Assembly: GCF_963921235.1 (NCBI RefSeq)
Contig: NC_086098.1
Span: 38,440,001-38,504,000 of the forward strand
Direction of reading: 5' to 3'
Length of the DNA: 64,000 nt
Origin: Mobula hypostoma
Taxonomy: Eukaryota
A model generated the notes under the pieces. The model did no database searches. It was not told where the DNA came from and saw nothing but the letters and a program-made list of their open reading frames with translations. Positions 38,620 to 51,729 of the stretch are shown one piece after another (position 1 is the first letter of the stretch; every line of letters starts with the position of its first letter). The position numbers and the translations under genes are program-made.

Positions 38620-39774
38620 GCTACTACTAGGAATACAGCTCAGATACACCATGTGCTGATTGATTCATTTGCAGGTTGGACAGCCATGCTAAAGAATCTC
38701 ATTAAATTAAAAACAATTGACCACTCCATAAGCAGTTGGTTCCAGGGCAGAAAAATGTAGCACATAAGCCACTTATAAAACCAAAGATATTTTTGCTTCC
38801 TCTTAACATAAAACTGAGGCTTATGAAATTTCTTGTGAAAGAGATGGACAAGGAAGATGAAGGATTTCGATATTTGAGACAGATATTTCCTACAATAACT
38901 GATACCAAGTTTGAGGAAGACATTTTTGTTGATCCACAAATCAAACAGGTCATCAATGACAGGCAATTCAATGAACTTCTAGTGAGACTGGAGAAAGTCA
39001 CAAGGAAGGCATTCAAAGATGCTACTGAAAATTTTCTTGGCAACTACAGAGCACCAAGCTCTGTGCAGCTGGTTGACAACATGCTTCAAGCATACAAAAC
39101 TATGAAGTGCAACATGTCTCTGAAGATTCACTTTCTGCATTCCCATTGAGACTACTTCCCTGCAAATCTTGGCGCTGCCAATGACGAGCATGGTGAAAGG
39201 TCTCACCTGGATGTTGTATTCATGGGCAACTGGAATCCATCAATGCTGCCTGATTATTGTTGGACACTTATGCGAGAAGCCTCAGACACTTGAGTCCAAA
39301 TGAAAGTCATCAACAAAATATATTTAGCTTAGTTGAACTTTTGCAAAGCATCAGTACCATTATGCAATTAAACACATTATATTCAATAAAAGTTTATTTG
39401 TTTTTCCAAATTCCTGCGTGATACAAGTAATCTGAAATTGTGTTCAGCTTCAAGCCGTTTATCATAACCACAGAAAATTACCTGTCTTATCTATTCTTAA
39501 GTTTACACATTTCTAGTAGGTTGTCTCTCAGCCTTTGCTTGAAAGGGAGCAATTTGTCCAAACCCTCCTTTTATTTAATCCATTTCAATTCACGCAACCT
39601 CTTCACATTCTCCAAAGTGACTACATCCTTTTCGTCGTGTCAGTGAAACTCAGAATGTGGCTAACCAACATTTTAAACAACTGCAACTGCAACATGACTT
39701 CCCAACATGTATACTTAGTGCTCTGACTGATGAAGGCAAGCATGCTGTGCAAGTTTTCTACCCCCCCCCCCCCC

Positions 39775-40225
39775 CCGGCCTGCTTGATGTTTTGGGCCTG
39801 TACGCACTGGAGTTGAGAAGAATTGGGGGATGGGGGGGTGATCTCATTGAAACCTATAGAATATTGAAAGGCCTAGATAGAGTGGATGTGGCAAGGATGT
39901 TACTGATGGTGAAGTGGTCGAGTACCAGAGGACAGAGCCTCAGAATAGAAAGACTTCCATAAATTCATTGCCCTTTTGCTAAAGGAATTCCTCCTCATCT
40001 CTGTTACTAAAGGGAATTCAAACCAAGGATGACTAAAGAGGCCAAGTCATTTGGGTATATTTAAAATAAAGTTTGATACATTCTTGTTTAGTAAGGGTGT
40101 AAATATTGATGGGGAGAAGACAGGAAAATGGGTTTGAGAAGGATAATAAATCAGCCATAATGGAATGAGCAGACTTGATGGACTGAATAGACGAATTCTG
40201 TTCCTATGTCTTATGGTCTTATGAT
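39775..40225 (+). mobile_element. CR1 LINE 3' fragment
   Basis: LGLYALELRR..GDLIETYRILKGLDRVDV and a TCTTATGG tail. Confidence 0.75.
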
Positions 40226-40728
40226 ACATGCACTATTTTGGAATGCCAAAACTACTTTAGATCTCACCTGATATCTCAAGTACTCCAGGGATGTGCAGTG
40301 TCTCATTTTAAATACTTAAACACAGTACATCTACTGATCATTGTGGATGAATGTTTTAAAAAGGTGGATTATATGAAACTAGTGCCATACTTTGTCAATA
40401 AGTTATCTATAGCATAGTTGATCTTTTTTTTTAAATGGTGGTGTTAAACAGAATAGTTTGCTACTTGCGGTCTTACACACGGAACTGCTTAAAAACTAAC
40501 ATGTGGAAACGTATGCCTATAATTCCCATTTCCAATTGTCTAAAATCTCTGAAATTTATTTTTCCTGAATGTTCATCTCCAGTGGCTCACGGGATTAAAG
40601 GATACACTTGTGGCTTACTGGTTAAATGTCAAATGCAAAGCTGTTTTATCAATAGTAAAGACCTTCAGTGTATTGATTAATAGAATTTGGAACATTTTTC
40701 TGAGATTGTCTTTTCTTTTGTTCATTAG

Positions 40729-40811
40729 GGGAAAAGATCATTATCACTCAACCAACATCTAATTCGGCCTCTGTAAAGGCAGATGAACGACATGAGGCAT
40801 CAGAGAATTAA
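40729..40811 (+). CDS. DNAJC5G: Cysteine string protein, terminal coding exon
   Basis: Polypyrimidine tract and TTCATTAG| acceptor; phase 1 fits. Translation (G)EKIIITQPTSNSASVKADERHEASEN*, where IIITQP resembles the CSP 'PIVIQP' motif. Joined CDS 110+214+163+83 = 570 nt = 189 aa plus stop. Gamma paralog assigned by adjacency to TRIM54. Confidence 0.85.
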
Positions 40812-40891
40812 GGTTCATCATTTCTTTTCATTATGAATGTCTGACTTAGGGCTAATGAATGCTGTAGATTATACCAATGCTTTAAAAGTTG

Positions 40892-40897
40892 AATAAA
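40892..40897 (+). terminator. Candidate proximal polyadenylation signal of DNAJC5G
   Basis: AATAAA 80 nt after the stop codon, followed by T-rich sequence. Confidence 0.35.
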
Positions 40898-42356
40898 TTG
40901 TTTCCATTTTAATGATTTTGTGATTAAACTGATATCTCTAGCACATTAATTAACAGCCTACCCATTTATTATTACAAAAATCTCAGTAGATTGTAAATGT
41001 TATTTAACAAGAATACATCATATTCTTAAGATCAGACCAGAAATTGAGCAAATTTATATTGATTTCACACTAGACTTGTATATTTTGTTACTATTCCCTT
41101 GTAACTAAATCAAAATGGTTAAGCAGGTGGATTTACAATGATGCCTTAAAAGCGGCAATTCTTTAACTTATTAAAATTTTGTCTCTTGTGTCCGCTTAAG
41201 TCATGCTTTAAGTGTTTGAACTCTTTTACTAGTAATCAATCTCATTTTGAATTTAAATACTTGTGTATTAAATTCAAATCTATTTCTCAAAGTAAATAGT
41301 TTATGGTATGCCAATCAATTCTCTGTGACAGATTTTCACATTTGAGTTACATGTGGAGACTTTTGTATTTCTGGTCTGGCTTTTAAATTATGTTTCATGC
41401 CTGGAAGACTTTTCAGCTTGTATTCTGTCCTTAGAACTTAAAATACATTCTTGATTTTCCTCCTGGATCATGCTAGAACAAGCTGTGGTGGTCTGTTTTT
41501 ATTCCAGTGTAATTCATTGGATACCTTCCCAAACTTTATCTGGGGCCATCCTCAAATTTCTGCTAAGTGTGGAATTCTGGATCCAGTTGTGCTCCAAAAT
41601 GTCCACCATGCTTGCATTGAAAATGCACAGCAATATTATCATCTCTAAAACATACTCTCATAGGTTTCCTCAATATTTTAGTTGTTTCCCATCCTTCTTT
41701 GTCAATCTTCAGCCTACTCATTCATCAGCAGCTGCTGAATGTATTTTTACCTGTATTTTATATTGCATAGAATATTGCATTGGAGTAGTTACTCATTTTG
41801 ATTTGTTTACCTCTTTAGGTGTAAATGTCTCCAGCGTTCAGCCACAGTCTGAATCATTGGAATCTTGATTAACCCAGCTGTTATCAGACAAAAAATATGG
41901 CTGCAGAAGTGATAACTAGAAAAGGAGGATCCAGAATTTATTTCAGCCAAACATTTAATTTTAAATATGTATGTAACCAAGATATGGCAGTTTCCTGAGG
42001 GATCTCTCTCTCACAACCAATGCATTGAAAATTTTTGTAAACTCTACTTTTATGTTGATAAATTCATCTGCAAATCAACTGAATCATTCTTATAGGAAAT
42101 AACTTGTTTTAAACAAAGGACTCATTGTGCTTAGTTTTTTTTTAAATAGTTGAACTGAAATCATAACTTTATACTTCATTCCACTGAATTTATAACCGAG
42201 TAGAAATGGTAAGGAATTTCAACTTGCACTGATTTTAGGCTTCAAAATGAGAAGCTGCTTGTAAAGCACAGCTCAGTGTAAGTTATAAAATGCAGTTTTG
42301 GCTGTTGTATACTTTTGCTGTGTTTATCACCAAAGCTTGTCTTGTTCAAGGTGTAT

Positions 42357-43470
42357 AATCAGAATCAGGTTTCTTATCACTGACATATGTCGTGAAATTT
42401 GTTTTGCGGCAGCAGTACAGTGCAATACATAGTATGCTATCAATTATAAGAAACATATAAAAAAAAGTAGTGCAAAAAAGAGCAGAAAAGTTGTGAGTTA
42501 CTGTTCATGGGTTTATTGTCCATTCAGAAATCTGATGGTGGAGGGAAAATGCTGTTCCTAAAATGGTCTTCAGGCTCCTGTACCACCTCTCTGATGGTAA
42601 CAATGACAGGGGGTCTATAGTAATGGATGCTGCCTTCTTGAGGCATCACCTTTTGAAGGTATCCTGATGGTGGGGAGGCTAGTGCCTGTGATGGAGCTGG
42701 CTGAGTTTACAACCCTCTGCAGTCTTTTCTGATCCTGTGTAGTAGCCCCTCCGTTCATCAGTTAGAATACTCTCCATGATATATATGTAAAACTTTGTTG
42801 GAGTCTTTGGTGACATACCAAATCTTCTCAAATTCCCAATGAAATATCGTTGCTGGTGTGCCCTCGTCATAATTACATCAATATGTTGGTCCTAGGATAG
42901 ATCATCTTAGATGTTGTCAACCAGGAGCTTGAAACTGCTCATCTTCTCCACTGCTGACCTTTCAATAAGGACTGGTGTGTGTTTCCTCGACTTCCCCTTC
43001 CTGAAGTCCACAATCAATTCCTTAATCTTACTGATGTTGAGTGCAAGGTTGTTGCAACATGACTCAATGAGTCATTCTATCTCACTCCTGTATGTTTCCT
43101 CAGCACCATCTGAGACGATGCCTGCAACAGTTGTGTTATTGGCGAATTTATAGATGTTGTTTGTGTTGTGCTTAGCCACATAGTCGTAGGTGTAGGGAGA
43201 GTAGTGCAGTGAGCTTAGCACCCAACTTGAGGTGTGCCATTAGGGAGATTTATTTCTGATCTGCACTTACTGTGGTCTCCTGATGAGGAAGTCAAGGATC
43301 CAGTTGCAGAGGGAAGTATAGAGGCCCAGTTTTTTTAAAGCTTATTGATTAGTACCGGGGTGTGATTGTGTTGAATGCTGAGCTGTAGCCAATAAGCAGC
43401 ATCCTGACACACACATTGCTGTTGTCAAGACCAAGTGGAGAGCCAGTCAAAGTGCATCCGCTGTTTATAT
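42357..43470 (-). mobile_element. Rex1/Babar LINE 3' portion (end of RT and UTR)
   Basis: Reverse-strand RT motifs (KFANNTTVAG, LNISKIKELIVDFRK, LRRFGMSPKT) and the (ATTCTG) tail. Confidence 0.85.
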
Positions 43471-46400
43471 AGCAGTATAAACACCACTAGTTGGTAGTTA
43501 TATCAAATTTTGTTTGGGAATAAAAGTATGTCTTTAATATTTCTGATTTAGAATTTAAAAATAAGTTAATTTAATGTGCAAGAATATTTAAGCCTGCAAG
43601 TTTGGAAATATGAAAAATGTGCAGCAGCTTTTGATTGACCATGTAGATGTTTTTATTTGAATGACACAAATTATTAGAATTAATGTTTTAACAAAATTAT
43701 TTTTTTTACATTTGATGGGTTGGTGTCTCTGTCAAGCTGTGTTCATCTTAAAAGCATCTGTTTGGCCTAATAGGCCTGTTCAGCACAGCACTTTTATTAC
43801 TGATTGAAATCTGTGCCAAATAGTTAATAGACTGGAAATGTTTGTGAAAAGATTGATTTTGTAAAATATCTAAAATCTCTGTACACTTTTATCAGCTATA
43901 TTGAAAATGTAAAGTTGCCATTTGACTCCTCTTGATAAGGTAGTCTGACCAAAAAATTCTGTCACTTAAGTGTAGAAGATGAATGTTAGTTGTGAATTCA
44001 GTGCTGCTATCTATTGTCAGGATTTTAATTTTCTGTAAGTCATTATTTCCCTCCCTTTACTATTTCTCCAAATAAATGTTGTAGTGGGACAACATGGATT
44101 CATTTTTAATTGGCAGATCAATCATAGAGTTGCAAATACCACAGGAAATAAAACTTGTTAGTTATATATTAGGATTCTTTAACTCTTAGATGCTGATGTG
44201 TACTGCAAAACTATTTCATTGTGTCCCTTGTAACCTATTGAAAAGTCAACCATTGTTTGCGTTTGCTTGGAGTGACCAGCTGAGTTGCTTTATAAAATCT
44301 TTTTATTTTTAATCTGATTCTTAGCAATTGAAAGCGAGTTTCTATAATATATTAAGTTAGCAACTGAGTGAGAAAATGCAATTTGATGGACCACTAACTC
44401 TGTGATCCTTTGACCTGGACTTCGTGCACAGTTAACTAACTTTTATAGCTAGATCAGATTTTACAAATGCCATTTATGTAAATATAACTGCACATTTATC
44501 TGGATTGTTTAAATTTTCTACAGTGGTCATTTAAAAGAAAATAAAGCACTGGAATTTATGGTGATTTTATAAAACAAATAGCTTCAATGTGTTCACTTTT
44601 GTTTAATCGGAATTACCAACTGCTCTTTGTATGGAATTGGGCTATTTTATTGCCTGAAACTGATATTTTCCTCCCATTTCTGGTCATAAACAACCAAGTC
44701 TTCACGCTGCTTGTGGACTTTGATCATAGTTTTTAAGTTCAGCAATTTAGCCTTGTTAAGCAAGTTTTGATCTGCCACTAAGTATAATAAAATTGTCATA
44801 CCAACTAAAGTATTTTTACAAGAATTGTAAAATATTAATCAATGCAAACAAAATACTGTATTTGAAAAAAAAACTTTAGAACTGGTTATTTTTTGTCAGA
44901 GTAATAGTAAAAAATGGAATGTATGCTTCATTTATAATGAATTTATAAACAGTTCATTTTGCTATGTATGAAGTTATTGTGTATAAAGGGTATGTGCATA
45001 TTTTAATGTATATGTTTACAGCTGACAAACCTAAACAATAGAAGTTATGTTGACCTACTGGTAGAACAAGTCTCAGAAGAAGCTGCAGTGTGTTACTGTG
45101 TCAATGCTGCAGTTGCTAAAGAAAAAATTTAATTGTTTGAAATAATATCACTGAGTTATCCAAGTTTCTAGTATCCCATATAGTATAAAATGTAAACTTG
45201 AACAATAGATTTAGCCAGTTTAAGTAAAATCTCTAAATATCTTATCATTCCTGTTCCTGTCCAGATACTGGAACGTGAGGGTCATTCAAACATACAATAT
45301 TATTTTTGTCCATAACAGTTGCATTGTCCTTGTAAGGACCACACTGAGAGTTTGATGGTCCAACAAATAATGTCTGGACATCTCTTCACTTAACCTTATT
45401 TTGGGCATTAATCACTTCAAGGTTGTATACTGTAGTGAAAGAGAATAGCTGAAATGTAAATAGGTTTTGTAAAATGCATGGTATTTAACTGGAAATTAAT
45501 CAAAATATCTTGGCTAACATTTCTTATTCGTTAGTTTTCTATTATGTTTGTAGCTTTAATGTTTGCCATTCTTTAATACAGTGGTTTGAATTTCTAACAC
45601 TCAAGCTTATAATCCGAGGTATTGTTAAAATAGGGTTACATTTGACGCCCATATTTTGTCAGATAATGAACACAACTGATTTTTCAGTACAATCTAAGGA
45701 CAGAGGGTGCTGTTTAGTATCTTGAGTCTTTTCAGTGATCATCTGTGATCTGGCTCCACATATTTGTTCCATCTTCCCTAGGATTGTAATGTTTTAAATC
45801 AGGAATAATTTATTCTTTGACAAGGTTCATGCCTTCTGCACATTTTTTTTCCACCATGGGTAAAATCTTCTGTGGTTAATGTATTTAATGAGTTAATTTG
45901 ATAATGAGGTTCTTGTCCTCTGCTCTGCATAACTTTGGATAATCCCAACTTGTGTTTAAATGAGAAGGTATCAAACCACAGTTCTTTGTATTTGATTTTT
46001 GTTGAAGATCGAATTGCTGTAGCAAAGTGGAGTTTTGAACTTGGTGCTATTTTATTGCTCATAGAAAATGTACAGACTACTTCGCTTACTTACGACAAAC
46101 ACAGTCTTAACACACTTTGCAATCAGTATTTTTGCTGTAACCTTGAACGTTTAGAAGGTGCATCATATCTTATCAGTAGATTCAAAGCAAATTAAATTGA
46201 TAAAGGTCTTGAGCAATTATAATTTAAAAAATGCATTCAGTACTAGCCAAGCTAAATCCAAACAAAACAACTTTGGTTTGTTTAGTATGAGAAAGCACGT
46301 AGAATGAAGAACAAAATTTTACAAACAAAATCAATTAACTCCCTTCAAACTATTTGCTTCAAAAAATCTATATTTCCTGTTGACAATTTATTTTCAATTC

Positions 46401-48019
46401 ATGGATTCTTTGAAATTACGAAGGTCAATCCGAAAATGCATGCCTTTTTTCGTTGTCTCCAACTATAACACGAGAGGAATACAGGTTCCCTCATCTGTGT
46501 AATAATTATTAGTCCATCCATCAGAACATTTATAAGTATGATTTTCTAGGAAACTTGCTATTTTTACATGTGATTTTTAAAAATATCAAATATACAAATT
46601 ATATAAATTGCACTGCAATTAAACTTTAGTTTGTAATTTTAGTTTTATAAAATTAAATTTAATTTCTGTTTTTGCACTGTTTTCAGCTTCAGGAATGGTT
46701 TCTGCTTTGCTTGTGCAAATTAGCAGCAGGGGAAAAATTGTTATTTAGAAATTGAGGTTATAGCATATTGGATAAGTCAATTCTTAAGAAAAATGCCTCC
46801 TTGTTTTAAATGCCCACGTCACACGTGGGAGATGGTGGTCATATATCCTTGTGTACTCACAGCATTAAAGACTTTTCATTTAACATGTTCTTGTACTTTA
46901 GCGCATTTTCAAGAATGAACTGTGTTATGTGTCTGTTACAACAACAACCTGATGTTGTCTCAGGACACAAGCATATTCCGAAGAATGATCTAGCTTTTGC
47001 TTACTAAAATGATCAGACTAGAGATTCATCAATTCCAGATATGTATCCTCACCACTGACACCCCCCCCCCCCCCAAATCCCACAGCTGGCAGGTATAATA
47101 TCAAGCGGAGAAGGCACAAGCTCGGGGCTAAATTCAAACATAACTCTAATAGTGTTTTTTTTAGTTCTGGGGTCCTTTACAATCAGCATTTTAAAAACCT
47201 AACACTTAGAATCACAACTGCATGTAACTGAATACCTGGTACATGGGCATTGAACTTTTTCTTGGTCATGAGAAATGGAGTGTGAAAACAAACAGCATGC
47301 CTTTACTGTCCTATAGCCACAGTAGAACTCCAGAATTTGTAAAAAGAAATTTGCTGGTTATGTAGATTGTGACACAAAGTAAGCTTCTCCAAAAAAAAGC
47401 CTATTGCCTTTGACGTTTTATGCAACTGTGATAATGATCAGTTGATTTTGGTCTTAGCACCTTTTGAAAGATAACCAACAAAAAGGATGAAAGTGACCTG
47501 AATTATAGTACAAATAAAACTCCTCCGAGGAATTTAAGAAGTCAAAAATGTTGTTATTCCTTAGGCCCAGCAGCATTAGGAGAAACAGCTGGGTGTTTCA
47601 TGTCAACTCCCTTGCATTGGAAGTGGATAAAGTTAGAAGTAAGTTGTACCATGATGCAGAAAGAAATTGATCTGCAGTGGGTTAGAAGGTGGGACTCATT
47701 AAGTGACCAATGGATTGATGATGCAAAGCGAAAGGGCCAGTGTTCAGTAACTGAAACATACAATGGATTGACTGAATATGTTGAATCATCATCTGAAATT
47801 GTTGGGACATAACATTTTGAGTTATAAACATGTATTTTGTTTCTTCAGAAGATGAAGTACTGTATGTCATTCCAGTGATGTTCAGCATTGGTTAGTAGGT
47901 TAATTGGTCATTATAAATTGTCCTGTGATTAGGCTAGGGTTAAATAGGTGGGTTGCTGGGCAGCGCAGGTGGTTGGGTTGGGAAGGCTTGTTCTGCACTA
48001 CATCTCTAATTTTTAATCT

Positions 48020-48565
48020 TCATTGAGAAGATTGAGGAAGAATGAAGAGAAGTGACTGGGAGCTTGGGCACACGTTTTGGATCTGGAATATTTGATCCAT
48101 TTCTATTATATAATGATGACTCTTTAAGTTTCTGGTTAGTCACCTGTCACTAATTTTCCATTCCTCTTCCATTTTGATTTCAGTCCACTACATTGCTTCA
48201 AAGGGAATATGTAAACTCAGAACAAACTCATCTTTTGACTCACCTTTTGGACTTCTGAACCCAACATCCAGTTATCAATTTCAGAATAGTTCCATTTTCA
48301 TTCTCAGCAGCTCTAGATCAATCCTTAGTTTCATTATTTGTCCTGTTCCCTTAAGGGTTTTTGCCTTTCATCATCCCCACCTTTGTCATTTCACCACTTC
48401 TCCTTTATACCCTGTTACAGATCTATTGTTTATTCTGCTCCTAAAATTTGATTATCTGTAACTTTTTCCAGTTCTGGTGAAAGCTAATTGACTTGAAATG
48501 TCAACTGTTTCTCTGTTCATAGATGCTGTTTGTATTGAATATTTACAACAATTTGTGTTTTCAAG
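48020..48565 (+). mobile_element. Old Penelope-like remnant with degenerate hammerhead
   Basis: Decayed similarity to the GIY-YIG end; CAGTT CTGGTGA..GAAA TGTC AACTG at about 48469-48507, followed by the pLTR tail. Confidence 0.5.
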
Positions 48566-49065
48566 TCTAACGTGAAATTATTCATCTAGGGAGCAATTAC
48601 CTGGGGCCTTGCATTCTGGACAGTAAGTGAGGAATAGATGCATGAACGTAGATAGAAATTTGTCTTTTAAATTACTGCCTACAATCTTACCATCTGAATT
48701 ACTTCAGACAAATTGAATATAAGCATAGCATTTCTGGGACTTTACTCTGAATAATTCACGAAAAGATGACTATTTAATAAACTTGTATATGCAATTTTGA
48801 AACTTGTTTTTTAAAGAAATGAATTTAATTGTTTTGAATTACAAATATAACACTATGCAATATTACTTTGATCTTCAATCTTAATGTAACTGAGCATGTG
48901 CCACGTTATTGGAAAAATTATAGATTTTATTTGTGATTTTATGTCCTTCAAATTGTAGATTTGAAATATAACTAGTAATGGTACATATTTGGGAATCAAG
49001 TTTTTGCATTTATCTATAATATTTCTGCCAGACATTAATGCCAACTGAAGACTGTTTGGAGCTAT

Positions 49066-49244
49066 ACACACAAAATGCTGGAGGAACTCAGCAGGCCAGG
49101 CAGCATCTATGGAAAAGAGTACAATCAACGTTTCGAAATGTCGACTATACTCTTTTCCATAGATGCTGCCTGACCTGCTGAGTTCCTCCAGCATTTTGTG
49201 TGAGTTGTTCGGGTTTCCAGCATCTGCAGATTTTCTCTTGTTTG
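49066..49244. mobile_element. Palindromic PLE-pLTR mini-element
   Basis: Near-perfect, loopless 68-bp-arm palindrome at 49067-49202, centred on TTTC|GAAA. Confidence 0.92.
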
Positions 49245-49785
49245 TGAAGATTGTTACGAGCTTGTTTACCTGCTGCCGAACATGTAGATTGACACTCATA
49301 AATTGGCATAATATTAGTGAAGCTTTTTCCTAGTTAGAAATCTTTGAAACTAAACTTTACAAAACAAAATTCAAATGAGTTGGCATTAATAACAAAAATA
49401 TTATGTCTGCATACTGTTTTTGAAACAGCATATTTCAAAAGTTATTATGAAAATATGGGACTGTTCTGGTAACAGGAGATATATAATGAAGCTTTTGTTA
49501 TGAAGCTTATTTCCACTCTGCTTTCATAATTATGTATCCTTTTCCTATCTCGAGCTTACTTAGCTTCTAACTTTTAATATGTCTGTGTCGTAATGAAAAA
49601 GATGCATTGTCATGAAGTCTGGGTATATTTAATAAATCGGGGCATTGTTTTTTAAAATTTACTACATAAAGGTACATTTTATAAGGGGCTGTGTGACCTT
49701 GTAATATTAATCTCGACTAGGCTGTATATGTAGTTAATGTGATGAAATTATATTTTGTACAATTTTGCTTCTTGAACTACATGAC

Positions 49786-49791
49786 AATAAA
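49786..49791 (+). terminator. Candidate distal polyadenylation signal of DNAJC5G
   Basis: AATAAA preceded by TGTA motifs and followed by GT-rich sequence, at the end of a long AT-rich, 3'UTR-like tract. Confidence 0.35.
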
Positions 49792-51729
49792 TGTGAATTG
49801 AAAAGACACAGGCTGGAATGTTGCGTTTATGGTGTGAAATGTTTCAAGTTCAAATAGATGATAAAATTAACTTTAGTCATCAAAATAGGAATTTTTACAG
49901 CAACCTCCAAAACATTTATCCAAAACCATAACATCCAATGTTAAACAATTTCAGGATGTTATCTGTAATCTTCTGTGATGTCTGTTCCATCTCTTTTGGT
50001 GAAAACAAAAGCAATTTATAGGAGAGAGTTGGTTTGAATCACATAGAATTTAGGAGCATATAAATGTTTAATCATGAGATTGCTAAAAGGATGTGTGCTG
50101 TACTTTGATCTGTTGAACATTTAGGATTACATTTTTTCTCAATGCCCCTGAGCTAGAGATGATTGTCAGGGTCAGTTAACTTCCTAACATGTAGGGAGGA
50201 AATATTCCAGCAGGTAGTGAATGTAAAGATTGTGAAGTGCAAAAGGAAGTTGATGCCCACAAACACAAAGAAGGGTTATGACTAAGAGACCAAATAATGT
50301 GGAACAGAGGGTGCATGGTCATTTTTGAGGTAATTATAAAGCACTAGTATGGTATGAAACCGGGGGTGCAGCTGGCTGGGGATCTTATGCAAGGATGTAT
50401 CGCATACAGATCAGTGATATAGAAAAGGTAGGATGGAAGCTTGAGATGGGTTTGAGACCAACTTTAAAGATGGCAATTATGCCTGGGATTATGGATGAGT
50501 AAGAGAAAAGCAAATGTGTCAATGCATGATAAAAGAGCAGTTGTGAATGGGAAGGATTCAGCCTTCTAAAACTTGGTGGTTTGGGAGCACATAGATACTA
50601 TACAGATAGGTTTGAATTTGTTCCTGATGTGTGATGTGTTCATCTGGAGTCAGTTTTACCAAATGAACAGAAATGGACCTGTTATTTTAGGCCCAAAATA
50701 TATATATATCTGTATGGTGAAACCTCAAATGTTATGCAGGTCTAGACTAAGAAAATGTATTACTTTGACATAATATCTACCTGAGATTCTTCTCCCTTGG
50801 TTCACCTTTCATATATTTCCCTCCTCTCCTAGCTGGTTCCATCTGACCATCATCTCTTTCTTCTCTGCACATACATCTTCCCAGCCTCTGACTCTGCTCT
50901 CCCTCTCCCTTCCCCAGCTGATTCCAGTGCTCACTTTTGGCCACTGCAGTCACATTTGGCTTCAACATGTTAGGCTAACTCATTGCTTTTTCAAAAATTA
51001 AAGATTTTGTCAAGAGATCCTGCGGAAGAATGAACATCAAAATTTTAAGCATTTTTGAAAGCTTGATCGTTTTTGTTTATCCTTCCAATAATTTGTCCTT
51101 TGTAATCTGATCCATGGGTTAGTCCTTATTCATGTGTATACTGAAGATGTGATGGTGTTGTATTTGCAATTGTGCATCAAACCAGAATGGAGTGCAAAGA
51201 TTAACTCAATGTCACTTGCAAGGCCCTAGTACAACTGGAGAAAGAGAGAGAGTGGAGCACATTGGTTAAAGTAAATGAGCCTCTCTCTCCTAATGTGAAA
51301 AATCCATTGGGGAGAAATGCATCTATGTTTGCCTGAGAATGGAGGTTTCAGTGATACTATTGCTCTGCAACAATTTACCGGATAAGTACAGCCAAATACA
51401 GAGAAAGTATATATACTTGAGTGGTTGGCAAAAGGTTGTATACTTTCAAAGATAAAATTCACAATAGCATATTAAGAAATCTTAGTTGTATGTGCACGCA
51501 TTTTCATGGAATTGCAAGAAGACATTGAGGCAGAAAATGTAATATGGAATCCCATGTAGTTTTATTTTTGTATTTTACAGATACCACAACTATAATCTTC
51601 AGCTTGGCAGGAATTGATAACTTTTCGTAATTAGTAGGCTTCAGTTTAGTATTATTGAAGAATTTTGCTAGGCCTTTAATTAGGTAATTGCTATTTACTG
51701 GCATGATCTGTGATGTATTAAATAGATAA

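Larger units (their letters stand above)
36540..39480 (+). mobile_element. Decayed Chapaev3-type (CMC superfamily) DNA transposon; ends approximate
   Basis: Fragmented transposase motifs in order: FCYICG, LYLGVK|IGDQDK..PHVCCTIC, EQKDHVTDCYFCL, YPNLPSA, ITQSELNDLIGDLGLSKAKAELLGSRLQGWNLL, WNICGDLKV, PLNIKLRLMK, MSLKIHFLHSH, DEHGER. Family assignment is from recalled motifs. Confidence 0.7.

Noticed and set aside
48853-49299. 148-aa minus-strand ORF and similar 'MLEELSRPGSIYGK / IDAAWPAEFLQH' ORFs
   Set aside because: Translations of the non-coding PLE pLTR repeat, not proteins.
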